A DNA stretch of 64,000 nucleotides. It comes from a virus. The first letter of the stretch is position 1; each line of letters opens with the position of its first letter. The translations under genes and the position numbers were made by a program. The stretch lies in the IMG/VR virus record IMGVR_UViG_3300045971_000674, positions 45,230 to 109,229 of that record. One strand, written 5' to 3'. Below, piece by piece: positions 45,955 to 55,069 of the stretch. The notes under the pieces were generated by a model that was not told the origin of the DNA, ran no database searches, and was given only the letters and a program-made list of their open reading frames with translations.

Positions 45955-46398
45955 TCAGTAGTTTTCGGTGTAGGTCGAGCACCATGCGGTCTTGTCACCG
46001 AGATCGATGTCGAGCTTGATGGCGAGTTGCGCCAGTTCGTAGGTTGCTGCGCAGTGCTTGACCAGCGCCTTGGCCTTCGAGGTGCCCCACACGGAGAGCG
46101 TGACGTCCGTGGTGTACGAGTAGCCCTTTTGGCCGACCGGCATCACGGTGACGTCGAGGTAGGCGAGGAAGCTTTCCTTGCCGTAGATCGGCTGGAGCTT
46201 CGAGTTCAGGAGGATCTTGATGGTGTCGTAGAACTTCAGACGGATCTGCGAACCGTTGGGGAAGGTGACTTGATGGATGTAGGGAGTGCGACCGACGACG
46301 AAGTTGCCCTTGAGCAGCTCCAGCACTTCATCCTTGCGGAAGGCACGCTTGAAAGCGTCTTGATCGGGAAGGAGGGCCTGCAGTTCGTCGAGGTTCAT
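45955..46398 (-). CDS. hypothetical protein
   Basis: 147 aa, RBS AAGGA, TATAAT promoter at 46426-46431. Confidence 0.65.
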   Translation of the reverse strand: MNLDELQALLPDQDAFKRAFRKDEVLELLKGNFVVGRTPYIHQVTFPNGSQIRLKFYDTIKILLNSKLQPIYGKESFLAYLDVTVMPVGQKGYSYTTDVTLSVWGTSKAKALVKHCAATYELAQLAIKLDIDLGDKTAWCSTYTENY

Positions 46399-46465
46399 GA
46401 GGAGTCCTTGGGAGTTGATAGGTCCATTATATCATGCTGGCCCGGGCATGACACAGAAGATTGCG

Positions 46466-46756
46466 TTACTCGCGCACCCAGCTCGCCAGGTCTTCAGTCG
46501 AATCGAGGACGTTGCCCTCTTCGTCCAGAATCTGGAACTCGTGACAGCACATGCAGCGGCAGTTCTGTGCGATGTTGTACTCGAGGCGGGCCATCGTTGG
46601 CGACTCATCGAACACCGTCATGATGTAGTTGCTCAGCGTGGTGACCGCGCCCTCGGCAAACCAGTTGACCATGCGAGCGATCTGCTCGGGTGTGACGGGC
46701 TCGCCGTAGTCGACGAGATACTGGCGAATGCGATCGGCGGAAACGTAGTTCAACAT
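46466..46756 (-). CDS. hypothetical protein
   Basis: 96 aa from ATG 46756, CRCMCC. Confidence 0.55.
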   Translation of the reverse strand: MLNYVSADRIRQYLVDYGEPVTPEQIARMVNWFAEGAVTTLSNYIMTVFDESPTMARLEYNIAQNCRCMCCHEFQILDEEGNVLDSTEDLASWVRE

Positions 46757-47025
46757 TTGGCTTTCCTTCGTTCGTCGCAGGTCTTGCAGACACAGCGACC
46801 ATGGCTGGCTTGACGAGCAGAGTGCCAGAGCACGCGATCGCAGAAGTCGATCCACTCGGCGTTCATCTGGAGCACGACGCGTTGTTCGTCTGTCGGCTTG
46901 CCCTTCAAGGTCTTGCGGTACGCCATGGCGTCGTCATACGCCATCTTCCACTTCTTCCAGTCCTCTTCGCCGAGGAAGTCACGAGCATCGTATTCGCAAA
47001 GCTGCTTGGGCGAGAGAGCCGTCAT
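46750..47025 (-). CDS. hypothetical protein with C-terminal CVCKTC
   Basis: 91 aa from ATG 47025. Confidence 0.55.
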   Translation of the reverse strand: MTALSPKQLCEYDARDFLGEEDWKKWKMAYDDAMAYRKTLKGKPTDEQRVVLQMNAEWIDFCDRVLWHSARQASHGRCVCKTCDERRKAKC

Positions 47026-47273
47026 TTCGGCGCCGTCCAGCGAACTTGGTTCAGAGGCTCCGACTCGTAGCGGATGTTGTCGACCTCGATCACGCTGACG
47101 TCGTAGATCACGACCGCTACGAGCATGTCCTTGATGCGGTGCCCACGGTACTTCTCGATGCAGGCAGCGATGATGGCTGCACGGCTGCATCCGTCGTAGC
47201 GGCACTTGTCGATGGTCGGGAACGGGTCCCAGACCAGACACTCGACATGGGTCTGCATCGGCAGGTATTTCAT
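47022..47273 (-). CDS. hypothetical protein
   Basis: 83 aa from ATG 47273, ATGA-coupled. Confidence 0.55.
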   Translation of the reverse strand: MKYLPMQTHVECLVWDPFPTIDKCRYDGCSRAAIIAACIEKYRGHRIKDMLVAVVIYDVSVIEVDNIRYESEPLNQVRWTAPK

Positions 47274-47671
47274 GATGGGTTCTTCTCGAAGACTACGAGG
47301 TTGCGAACGTCGTCGTACTCGGCATTCCACGAATGACCGGTGATCTTGGACAGATCCTCGATCCAGTCGGCGACGTTCACGTTGTAGTGAGCACGCGTAT
47401 GGCACTCGATGCGGTAGCGATCGCCCCAAATCGGCTTGACGTTCTCGTGAATGTCGACCCGTTCCAGGATGTCGTTCGAGTACTGATCGCGCTCGAGAAC
47501 GACAGGGCCGAAGCCGGGAATGCTCTTCTTCAGGAGCCAGTAGCCGCGCGTGTAGCTGCCATTCTTGCCAGGAATGATCTCACGTTCACACGTGTAGGCG
47601 TGTTCACCGTCAACGAGGATGGAGAAGCAGACGTTGCCGTCATCATCAACTCGTTCGATCTTCTTGGTCAT
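47270..47671 (-). CDS. hypothetical protein
   Basis: 133 aa from ATG 47671, RBS GGAG. Confidence 0.6.
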   Translation of the reverse strand: MTKKIERVDDDGNVCFSILVDGEHAYTCEREIIPGKNGSYTRGYWLLKKSIPGFGPVVLERDQYSNDILERVDIHENVKPIWGDRYRIECHTRAHYNVNVADWIEDLSKITGHSWNAEYDDVRNLVVFEKNPS

Positions 47672-47733
47672 GGCTTGTATCTCCTGCCCGCAAAGGGCCC
47701 GAAGGCCCTTATTGGGAAGATCTCGCGAGGAGA

Positions 47734-48078
47734 TCATTCGGCCGTTGCGGCACCGGCGGGAGCGGCTTCGACTTCGGCGCTGGCTTCGGCGGCAACCGGA
47801 GCTTGCGAGGCTTCGTAGTCGGCTTCCAGCTTGGCGGCGACCTTGGCGCGCAGGGTGGCCAGCTTCAGCTTCTTCAGATCGCTCGGGGCGCCGGCCTTGA
47901 GGATGACGGCGTGGGCGAGCAGCTTGGTTTGGTCGGTGGCCTTGCCGGCCAGGACAGCGGCGGTCCAGGTCGGGCCGAACGAGAAGCGCTTGCGGCTGGC
48001 GCGTTGGGCGACAGACTTCGGGGTGGCGACGGCTTGGGTTTCGACGGCGACGGTGGTGGTGGTGGTTTGAGCGGTCAT
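47734..48078 (-). CDS. Ala/Lys-rich early protein
   Basis: 114 aa with extreme codon bias, RBS GGAG and a consensus early promoter. Confidence 0.7.
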   Translation of the reverse strand: MTAQTTTTTVAVETQAVATPKSVAQRASRKRFSFGPTWTAAVLAGKATDQTKLLAHAVILKAGAPSDLKKLKLATLRAKVAAKLEADYEASQAPVAAEASAEVEAAPAGAATAE

Positions 48079-48155
48079 TTGGAAATCTCCAGGTGGTTGA
48101 CGAAGGGTTTGAACTTTGGTCTCGATCAGCTTTTGTTTGTTTAGCCGATAGATAG

Positions 48156-48198
48156 ATTATACATCCACCACCAACGATGTACACAACTAGAGTGTAAC
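48156..48198 (-). promoter_or_regulatory. early promoter (GTTACA box / GTGTAC / TG-TATAAT)
   Basis: GTTACA-N31-TATAAT with GTGTAC 17 nt upstream of the -10. Confidence 0.75.
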
Positions 48199-48216
48199 AG
48201 TCCTCAACCTACGCGG

Positions 48217-48726
48217 TCAACTTGTAACCTCTTCCCACTTGAAGAAGCCATGGCCACTGATCTCTTCGTACAGCTGGCGCATCACCCGAAGGGTGGCTTC
48301 CCGTTCATCAGGCGTGCAGCCACAGCCGATGATTTGGTCAGGGTCCCGATCAAGGCCGAAGTCGTGGCGGTAGCGCAGGGCCATAGAGTAGAGCAGGCCC
48401 GCAGGTGGCTCTACTGGTAGACCCTGCGGCAACCGCGCAGATCCGTTGAGGCGCTCAGCCAACTTCAACGAGTAGGCCAGACGAGAAGCGTCATCGTAGA
48501 AATCTCCGCCGACCTTCAGCATCACGTCATGGTCGAAATTGTCCGATGAGATGTGCCGACCATCAGCTGACACCTGCCAAGGACCAGTATCGACCTCCAC
48601 CTGCGTTCCCACGAGGGCCTCGCATCCAGCGCGAATGCGGTTGAGAGTACCGTAGCGAAGGTTGGGGTTGCGATGAACGTCGACAAGAATCTCGACGTCC
48701 TTCATGATGTCATCGATTTCCTTCAT
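48217..48726 (-). CDS. hypothetical protein
   Basis: 169 aa, ATGA-coupled. Confidence 0.55.
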   Translation of the reverse strand: MKEIDDIMKDVEILVDVHRNPNLRYGTLNRIRAGCEALVGTQVEVDTGPWQVSADGRHISSDNFDHDVMLKVGGDFYDDASRLAYSLKLAERLNGSARLPQGLPVEPPAGLLYSMALRYRHDFGLDRDPDQIIGCGCTPDEREATLRVMRQLYEEISGHGFFKWEEVTS

Positions 48727-49214
48727 TGAGACATCTTCTGTTCGACCCAGCGAACGATTGCTTCGCGCAGCATGGGCTTGAGGTCTTCCTTGGAGAGGAG
48801 GGTGCGCTCAGCGAACACCAGCTTGCCGTCAGCATTGACGTCTGCAGTGCCATGCGATGCGATGCAGTCGATCAGATCGGCAGTGGCATGGTCCATCGCC
48901 TCGTCGTAGTCGATGTTGCCGATCAGGTTTGCGAGTGCGTCCTGTGCGACCTCGGCCTGATGGCTCATCATGATGAGCTCGGCCGTCAGCATGCCGACCT
49001 GCAGCTGCTGGATCTCGACTGTGCGTTCGTACGTGTGGAGGATCGCCTCTGTCTGATCGATCAGGTCTTCGAGGTTGTCACCAACGACGTACAACGCGCC
49101 TGAGCCATCTGGGCCAATGGCGCCGCCACTGCACTCGGTCACGATTCCCTGCAGTGTTTCAATGTGTTCGTCGAAATCTTCTTGATCGTCGGGGCGGCTA
49201 GAAATTACGGCCAT
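48723..49214 (-). CDS. acidic hypothetical protein
   Basis: 163 aa from ATG 49214, RBS AGGAG. Confidence 0.6.
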   Translation of the reverse strand: MAVISSRPDDQEDFDEHIETLQGIVTECSGGAIGPDGSGALYVVGDNLEDLIDQTEAILHTYERTVEIQQLQVGMLTAELIMMSHQAEVAQDALANLIGNIDYDEAMDHATADLIDCIASHGTADVNADGKLVFAERTLLSKEDLKPMLREAIVRWVEQKMSQ

Positions 49215-49224
49215 CTTCTTCTCC

Positions 49225-49494
49225 TCAGTCTTTGATGAATCCGACCCGAGGAGTGATGTCACAGGCTGGGTGGGCGAGGGCAACAAGCCCGTCCAACTCT
49301 GCCGATGACACGTCCGCCGGATCTACTGGGAGGAATCGATCGATGAAGATCTCGTCCTCCATCATTCCCTTGAAACCCTGCCCAACGTAGGTCACCGTCT
49401 CGCCATTGCGGGCACAGACGATCAGGTAGCTGTTTTTCTCTTCGTCGAGGAACAGCATACCTGGGAGGATGATGAGGGGTTTGGTTGCATTCAA
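49225..49494 (-). CDS. hypothetical protein
   Basis: Probable TTG start at 49494 after GGAG. TACAAT promoter at 49529-49534. Confidence 0.5.
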   Translation of the reverse strand: MNATKPLIILPGMLFLDEEKNSYLIVCARNGETVTYVGQGFKGMMEDEIFIDRFLPVDPADVSSAELDGLVALAHPACDITPRVGFIKD

Positions 49495-49571
49495 TTGTAA
49501 CTCCAGTGGGTGTGAATGTGTAGGAATCATTGTAACAACCCATCATCCTCTTGTATACCTACGGTCCTTCG

Positions 49572-51932
49572 TTACGTCACTACAATGCAGGTCGGACGGC
49601 TCAGTACATCTTGACCGCCTGCATTGGTGGCACGACAGCTGACACGATACGTACCTGAAGATGACAGCGTCACGGTCAGCACATTGCCCGTGTTGTTGAA
49701 TGTGCCAGAGCCATATGCCCATTCTACCATAGTTGGTGAACCCGTACCATTGTAAGTGAAGGTCACCGACAGTGGGGCAACACCTGATGTCTGTGATGTG
49801 ATAAAGCTGGCTACTGGTGGTGGAGTGAAGAACGATGGTGCCCACACTGCTGATGAACCAGTTGCTGGGTGCTCAACCGACAGCGGCTTCGGGAAGAAGG
49901 CTGTGTCTGCACCAAACGTTGACGCGTCACGTACAGTTGAAGCCAACACGGTCGTTGCCCCCGAGAGACCTCCCACGCCGGTGACTGTCAACCGGATCTG
50001 AAGGTAGGCAGTGCCAGCAACACCGTTGCCAGGGTGGGTCAAAGCAGCCACTGAGACCGAATTAGCCCCTGAAGAAAGCGTAGCCAAAGTGACATGACCC
50101 GCACCTGCCGCCTGTAGACCACCGGCAATTACAGCAGCCGATAGCGTGAGCGGCAGTGAATTGCCGAAGACACGGACCTTGTCAGCAGTAAGGCGCCAGG
50201 TGTTGTACGTATCCACGAATGCCTTGAATGCGGTGTCATTGGCAGTTGGGCTACCCGGCAAGGTGTAGTCAATCTTCAAATCGATTGCGGATCCGCCATT
50301 GATGAACCGCTGCTTCTGTTCATCAGCGTCAAAGAAGAGGTTCATGTAGATGAAGGACGATGACCCGCCGGCGTAGAAGCCGGTGGTCTTACCAACGATC
50401 TGTGTAGCAACAGTGTCAGCAAGGGTTGTCACACCAGGAACACCGCTGGTGCCGCTGATCGCCTTCATGTCATAGCGACGGCTGTTAGCAGTGGCCAGCA
50501 CGTTCATGGTTTCAGCATAGAGGCGAGCACTAGAGATAGAACCAGTGCGGCGCTTTGAGGCACGACGATTGGATGGCTTGCGCACGTCAGAGTAGAGCGC
50601 CTGCAGTGGGGGATACGGCCCCATTCCATCCTGTGTGAATGGGCTGTCGCTAATGTCTTGGGCCATGCCAATTGGCAGATCAAGACGATCAACTGCCCAA
50701 CGAGTTGCGGCCAGCAAACGATCCCAATCCTGTGATGTGGGTTCGGCTGCAATGTCCCGTGGGCGGCCTGGTGGAGCCACACTAGGATCTTGGCCATTGC
50801 GTATCCAACGGGCCACCATCGCAGCATCAGCAGTGTTGAGATCCGCTAGATCCAAACCACGAGCTGCATCATTGCCACCAAAAGAGACTGGTGCACCAAT
50901 GAGCGCGCAGAGGCGTTCCAACATGGCATCGTATTCAGCACGAGCACCATGGAATTCAACTGGTGGCCACACTTGGTCCCAGCCGCCGATGCCTACTGTT
51001 CCACCAGTGGCACACGGAACAAAGAACCCTTCATTGATGACGTGAACAGCAGTGTCCCAGATGGTTGCTGCGAGCACACCAGGCGCATTCTGGGTGTCAT
51101 AGCTGCCCACATTGATGGTGCCAATCAGCCGCTGATTGGATGCCGGGGTGAATGCCACCCATGATGTGTTGTCGTCATATTCCCAGACACCAAGACCTAC
51201 ATGGCGAACAGCACGGAAGGTGGAGGTGCCAACGTCCCACATGATGAAGTGCGAACCTGGTTGGGATGTGCTAACAGCGCCTCGAGGAATTGTTGCGAGC
51301 ACTGCATTGTCCACATAGATCTGTCCATCTACATCAGCCTGTGTAGCACCGCTGAATCCATGAATGTACACTTCGCTGTAGTTCGAAAGCGTGAAGGTCT
51401 GGTAGTTGATCTTTGCCATTGCATACGGTGCTGCGGCTGCAGCCGCAGCCGGAAATGCATGTTCAACATAAGGGTCCCATGATGTTGTTGGGAAACGACC
51501 AAGCCCGGTGTAGACGTACAGCGCTCCGCTGAGGGCACCAGTACGATCGAACCAAATATCACCAAGATTTGGGAATGATGGTGGCGTGCCAGAAGAAACC
51601 TGAATGCCTGCAAGATCTTCCCACACGATTGGGGAGATGGAGGTGCAGAGCTTCAGCACGCCATTGGCATTGTCATACCAATTCTGGCCGAGAGTCGGGT
51701 AGAGCGGAGCAGTCGGGCTGGCGAAGTTCTCGAGCACTGCCAACAGATTCATCTGCTGGAGTTGACCGTAACCTGCAGCACCCTTGCCTGTCAGAGTGAG
51801 CGAGGAGTTGTTCTCAACGCCTGGAGTTCCCTGGCCTGGCGCAAGGGAAGCGGTGGATGGGACGTTGATGGCGTGCTTGCCAGCAAGGGTCGGGTTTGTC
51901 CACTGGAGAATGTACATGATGTGTTCCTTCAC
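49572..51932 (-). CDS. virion structural protein (baseplate/fibre-like) with C-terminal PKD domain
   Basis: 786 aa. N-terminal LTLTGKG..GYGQ...NLLAVLENFASPTAP..PTLGQNWYD; C-terminal PVASF...SGVAPLSVTF...SGTYRVSCRATN. TAAATA at 51981-51986. Confidence 0.7.
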   Translation of the reverse strand: MKEHIMYILQWTNPTLAGKHAINVPSTASLAPGQGTPGVENNSSLTLTGKGAAGYGQLQQMNLLAVLENFASPTAPLYPTLGQNWYDNANGVLKLCTSISPIVWEDLAGIQVSSGTPPSFPNLGDIWFDRTGALSGALYVYTGLGRFPTTSWDPYVEHAFPAAAAAAAPYAMAKINYQTFTLSNYSEVYIHGFSGATQADVDGQIYVDNAVLATIPRGAVSTSQPGSHFIMWDVGTSTFRAVRHVGLGVWEYDDNTSWVAFTPASNQRLIGTINVGSYDTQNAPGVLAATIWDTAVHVINEGFFVPCATGGTVGIGGWDQVWPPVEFHGARAEYDAMLERLCALIGAPVSFGGNDAARGLDLADLNTADAAMVARWIRNGQDPSVAPPGRPRDIAAEPTSQDWDRLLAATRWAVDRLDLPIGMAQDISDSPFTQDGMGPYPPLQALYSDVRKPSNRRASKRRTGSISSARLYAETMNVLATANSRRYDMKAISGTSGVPGVTTLADTVATQIVGKTTGFYAGGSSSFIYMNLFFDADEQKQRFINGGSAIDLKIDYTLPGSPTANDTAFKAFVDTYNTWRLTADKVRVFGNSLPLTLSAAVIAGGLQAAGAGHVTLATLSSGANSVSVAALTHPGNGVAGTAYLQIRLTVTGVGGLSGATTVLASTVRDASTFGADTAFFPKPLSVEHPATGSSAVWAPSFFTPPPVASFITSQTSGVAPLSVTFTYNGTGSPTMVEWAYGSGTFNNTGNVLTVTLSSSGTYRVSCRATNAGGQDVLSRPTCIVVT

Positions 51933-51998
51933 CGGCTTGGAGGGGTTTGTCGCAGGGCCGGTATCTGATCTGCAACCTTCTATTTATGCGCAACAAAA

Positions 51999-52020
51999 AG
52001 GGGAGCCACGTGGCTCCCCT
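51999..52020 (-). terminator. rho-independent terminator after phoH
   Basis: Perfect palindrome AGGGGAGCCACGTGGCTCCCCT followed by a T run on the minus strand. Confidence 0.8.
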
Positions 52021-52042
52021 GAGATTGCTGCGGTGTCCTCCC

Positions 52043-52822
52043 TTAGGACTGGAGAAGGGATGGGGCTGAAGAACGGCCGTTCGAGTGGTGGCTTGGCTTC
52101 AACTCCGACTTTGGCTCTGGCGCATCGATGAACCGTAGGATGTCCTGAACGATCTGTGATCGGACGCAATCAGATGCCGTGAATTCAATGACGTTGATAT
52201 CAGAACTCCTTCCTCGTAGTTTGCGTGTGACCCAATCGAGTCCATTCTCTTTCACCTTCAGGTCCGTCTGGGACCCGTCGCCATTGATCGCGAACTGACT
52301 GCCTTCACCGATACGGGTGATGAACAACTTCATCTGTTCGATCGTCGTATTCTGCGCTTCGTCAAGAATGACGTAGGAGAAATTGAACGTTCGACCACGC
52401 ATGTACGCCAATGGCGCAAACTCGATACGCTTCTCTTCAAGCAACTTCTTGGCCATGGTGGGGCCTACGAGGTCATTGAGGGCGTCAAGCAGTGGTAGCA
52501 GATAGGGGGCGATCTTTTCTTCGAAGGTGCCTGGAAGGAAGCCAAGAGATTCTCCTGCTTCGCACACTGGGCGTGTGATGACAACCTTCGTCACCTCATT
52601 GTTGAGCAGCTTGCCAACGGCAACTGACATGGCGAGGAATGACTTGCCGGAACCAGCTGGGCCGGTACCGATGGTGAGTGTGGACTCTTCTAGCGACTCC
52701 TTGTAGAGACGCTGCGATTCGTTCTTTGGATGCGGATTGAACTTCAGTCGGATTACCTTGGCTCCTTCTTCATTGATCGGTTGTGGATATTTCTGTTTGG
52801 CTACTGCCAGCTTTCTTCCCAT
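52043..52822 (-). CDS. phoH: PhoH-family ATPase
   Basis: GPAGSGKS, ITRP, LGFLPG, AYMRGRTF, ILDEAQN, GDGSQTDL. Confidence 0.95.
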   Translation of the reverse strand: MGRKLAVAKQKYPQPINEEGAKVIRLKFNPHPKNESQRLYKESLEESTLTIGTGPAGSGKSFLAMSVAVGKLLNNEVTKVVITRPVCEAGESLGFLPGTFEEKIAPYLLPLLDALNDLVGPTMAKKLLEEKRIEFAPLAYMRGRTFNFSYVILDEAQNTTIEQMKLFITRIGEGSQFAINGDGSQTDLKVKENGLDWVTRKLRGRSSDINVIEFTASDCVRSQIVQDILRFIDAPEPKSELKPSHHSNGRSSAPSLLQS

Positions 52823-53001
52823 TGAATCCTCCTACGGGGATGGGAGAACGGAGGTCCGTGTTATGTCACGGGGCGAAATGAACCAGCGGGGCTAAGGTAG
52901 GTGCTTTGAGGGGAACGAATTCCCTTCTCAACTTAGTGTAGGAAGTATGCCCTTGGTCGTACAAGGTGGCAGGGCGCAATGTCCTGACCACCGTGATTGG
53001 T

Positions 53002-53388
53002 TTAGCGCTGCTTCGAGAGAACGTACTTCTGCCATTCCACGAGATCGAGATCTTTGTCGTGGAGGGCACATTCACCCGCTGCAATGCAATCTTTGAGGTA
53101 CTGTGCCAGAGCGACGCTGTCTTCAGGCTTCATTGCCTTCATGGCAGCAACGACGACGGAGCTCGTGGCTTTTGATTCGAAGTCAAGCGGCACCTCTGAT
53201 TGGAGGGTGAGCGACTTGAGACCGTTCTTGAAGAACTCGGACAGCTTGGCCATCACGAAGTTCTGATACGGGTTGGTGACCTTGCCAGCGCGAATGACTT
53301 CGTCAAGCGTCAGTGCGTAGGAGACAGGACCTTGACCTTCAATGGTCAGGATCGGGGCTTCAGAGATGATGGCTTGGTGGAGCTTCAT
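53002..53388 (-). CDS. hypothetical late protein
   Basis: 128 aa, TATAAATA upstream (53413-53420). N-terminal IISE/ILTIE. Confidence 0.6.
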   Translation of the reverse strand: MKLHQAIISEAPILTIEGQGPVSYALTLDEVIRAGKVTNPYQNFVMAKLSEFFKNGLKSLTLQSEVPLDFESKATSSVVVAAMKAMKPEDSVALAQYLKDCIAAGECALHDKDLDLVEWQKYVLSKQR

Positions 53389-53482
53389 GTGGGTACCTTG
53401 TTCGTCATGCTCTATTTATACCTGCCTTAGTCCAATACTACCACAACCGGCCAACGATAGATAGATGAAAGGAGATTGACAC

Positions 53483-53728
53483 ATGGCAACTAACAACTAC
53501 TTTGACCGTCCCGATGGCGAGACCTTCGCTGATGTACCAACCAAACCGATTCCGCCTGCTGACACTTGGCACACACTGTCAGTCAATCAGCTTGTTGAAG
53601 TGCAAGTGCTACTTCAAACGCGGGCCTGGGAGTTTCGCAATAATCCTGCGATTGCGAAGGCATTGAACATGAGTCTACAGAACATCCAAGCAATGGTTTC
53701 CCAAAAGCTTTTGGACGGTTCTTGTTAG
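53483..53728 (+). CDS. hypothetical protein
   Basis: 81 aa, RBS AGGAG. Confidence 0.6.
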   Translation: MATNNYFDRPDGETFADVPTKPIPPADTWHTLSVNQLVEVQVLLQTRAWEFRNNPAIAKALNMSLQNIQAMVSQKLLDGSC

Positions 53729-53955
53729 TGGATCTTGTGCCAGCTGAGTACCACTTCTAGGCGCTCAACTAGCTTTCCACCCTCGTTCGCAAGCCATTGC
53801 GGATTGGAACGACTAAGGACTCGAGACAGCAAATTGTAACACTCGTAGATGAGGTCATCTTTGTCCTCATCGTCAAGCTCACTCTGTGCTGGGATCAATT
53901 CCTCTTCAACTTCAATTTTCGGTTGCTCCATCATGCTCTCCAGTATGTGGTGCAT
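53725..53955 (-). CDS. small acidic hypothetical protein
   Basis: 76 aa, TAAATA at 53961-53966. Confidence 0.45.
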   Translation of the reverse strand: MHHILESMMEQPKIEVEEELIPAQSELDDEDKDDLIYECYNLLSRVLSRSNPQWLANEGGKLVERLEVVLSWHKIH

Positions 53956-54006
53956 GATAGTATTTACCGGCCCCGGCTCATCTGCAACCATTTCCCGGGC
54001 AGCAGA

Positions 54007-54029
54007 AAGGGTGCAGATCGTGCACCCTT
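54007..54029 (-). terminator. hairpin terminator ending the Rnl1-GNAT unit
   Basis: AAGGGTGCA-GATCG-TGCACCCTT, followed by TCT on the minus strand. Confidence 0.55.
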
Positions 54030-54055
54030 CGTGATGGTTCTGAGTGAAACCGACG

Positions 54056-54439
54056 TCAAGTTTCGAGCGCTGTCAGCCCGTTACGTTTCCAGAACTTTTC
54101 CGAGCCTTCAAGACCTATGTAGGAGACGATCCCAGCAGGTCGATCCCCAAGAGCCCGAACACATCGAGAAGCATATCCATTACGGCGCTCACTGTCCTTG
54201 CAGAAAGCCATGAGCGTGGGCCGTTCCAATTCTGATTGTCGCCACGGACTCCAATCAGTGATGAAGGCGAGTGCTACAGGTTCCTTGTCCTTGAAGCACA
54301 CTGCAAGACGATCTTTGGTTGGATCAGCATTAGTCAATGACGGGCGAAGAGCCCAGCTGGCAACGTAGAGACGTGCTTCGAGACAGACATCGACACCCTC
54401 GTCAAGTGTGCCGCCTTCGTAGACACGAACCCGAATCAT
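54056..54439 (-). CDS. GNAT-family acetyltransferase
   Basis: Motif A-like FCKDSERRNGYASRCV and SEKFWKRNG. Confidence 0.6.
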   Translation of the reverse strand: MIRVRVYEGGTLDEGVDVCLEARLYVASWALRPSLTNADPTKDRLAVCFKDKEPVALAFITDWSPWRQSELERPTLMAFCKDSERRNGYASRCVRALGDRPAGIVSYIGLEGSEKFWKRNGLTALET

Positions 54440-54867
54440 GGCTTGACGATCTTGTAGGAGCGGCCGATGGCCTTACGACCCAGGTGGGGCAGCAGTCGCT
54501 TCGCTTGCTCCGGCGAGATCTTGCGACGGCCGGGGTTGCACGTATCGGCAATCTCAGCACCGAACTTCGGGTGTTTGCGAAGTTGTTCTTCCGACCAGCC
54601 AGTCTTGGACATCAACTGCCGGATCTTCCTGGCTTCTGCCTTGCCCGGTACGTGCGGTCGGCAGCGAAGCTCATTGGACAGCTCAGCGACTGAGGCACGG
54701 ATGGCCACAGAATTGCCACCCTCGACCAATCGGCAGGCGACCAACGTGCGGACTTCGAAACCATCCTTCAGCTCGCCTTCACGTTCCAGCATCCGTTCCT
54801 CGTTCCGAACGGCGCGGCGGGCGGCCAGGAGTTCCTTCGTGTTCAGATCAGCTAGCGTCGGGTTCAT
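54436..54867 (-). CDS. basic hypothetical protein
   Basis: 143 aa, coupled. Confidence 0.55.
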   Translation of the reverse strand: MNPTLADLNTKELLAARRAVRNEERMLEREGELKDGFEVRTLVACRLVEGGNSVAIRASVAELSNELRCRPHVPGKAEARKIRQLMSKTGWSEEQLRKHPKFGAEIADTCNPGRRKISPEQAKRLLPHLGRKAIGRSYKIVKP

Positions 54868-55069
54868 GGCATTTCTGCTTCAGCAGGTCGTCGAGTGGTG
54901 AGGTGATGCCAGGCTGCATGGCCTTTTCGGCAGCAGCGCTAGCAATGGCCAGTTCGATCAGCTCTGTCAACTTCATGCTGTATTTGGCAGCACCAGGACG
55001 ACGATGGCGTTCTTCCATTAGAAGATGCGTGAGCATCTTCGCCACGACATCCCGGTAGTCGACGTTCAT
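54848..55069 (-). CDS. hypothetical protein
   Basis: 73 aa, ATGA-coupled to the RNA ligase. Confidence 0.5.
   Translation of the reverse strand: MNVDYRDVVAKMLTHLLMEERHRRPGAAKYSMKLTELIELAIASAAAEKAMQPGITSPLDDLLKQKCHEPDAS

Noticed and set aside
52866-53084. 72-aa ORF upstream of phoH
   Set aside because: It overlaps the preceding gene out of frame, lacks an RBS and spans a likely promoter.
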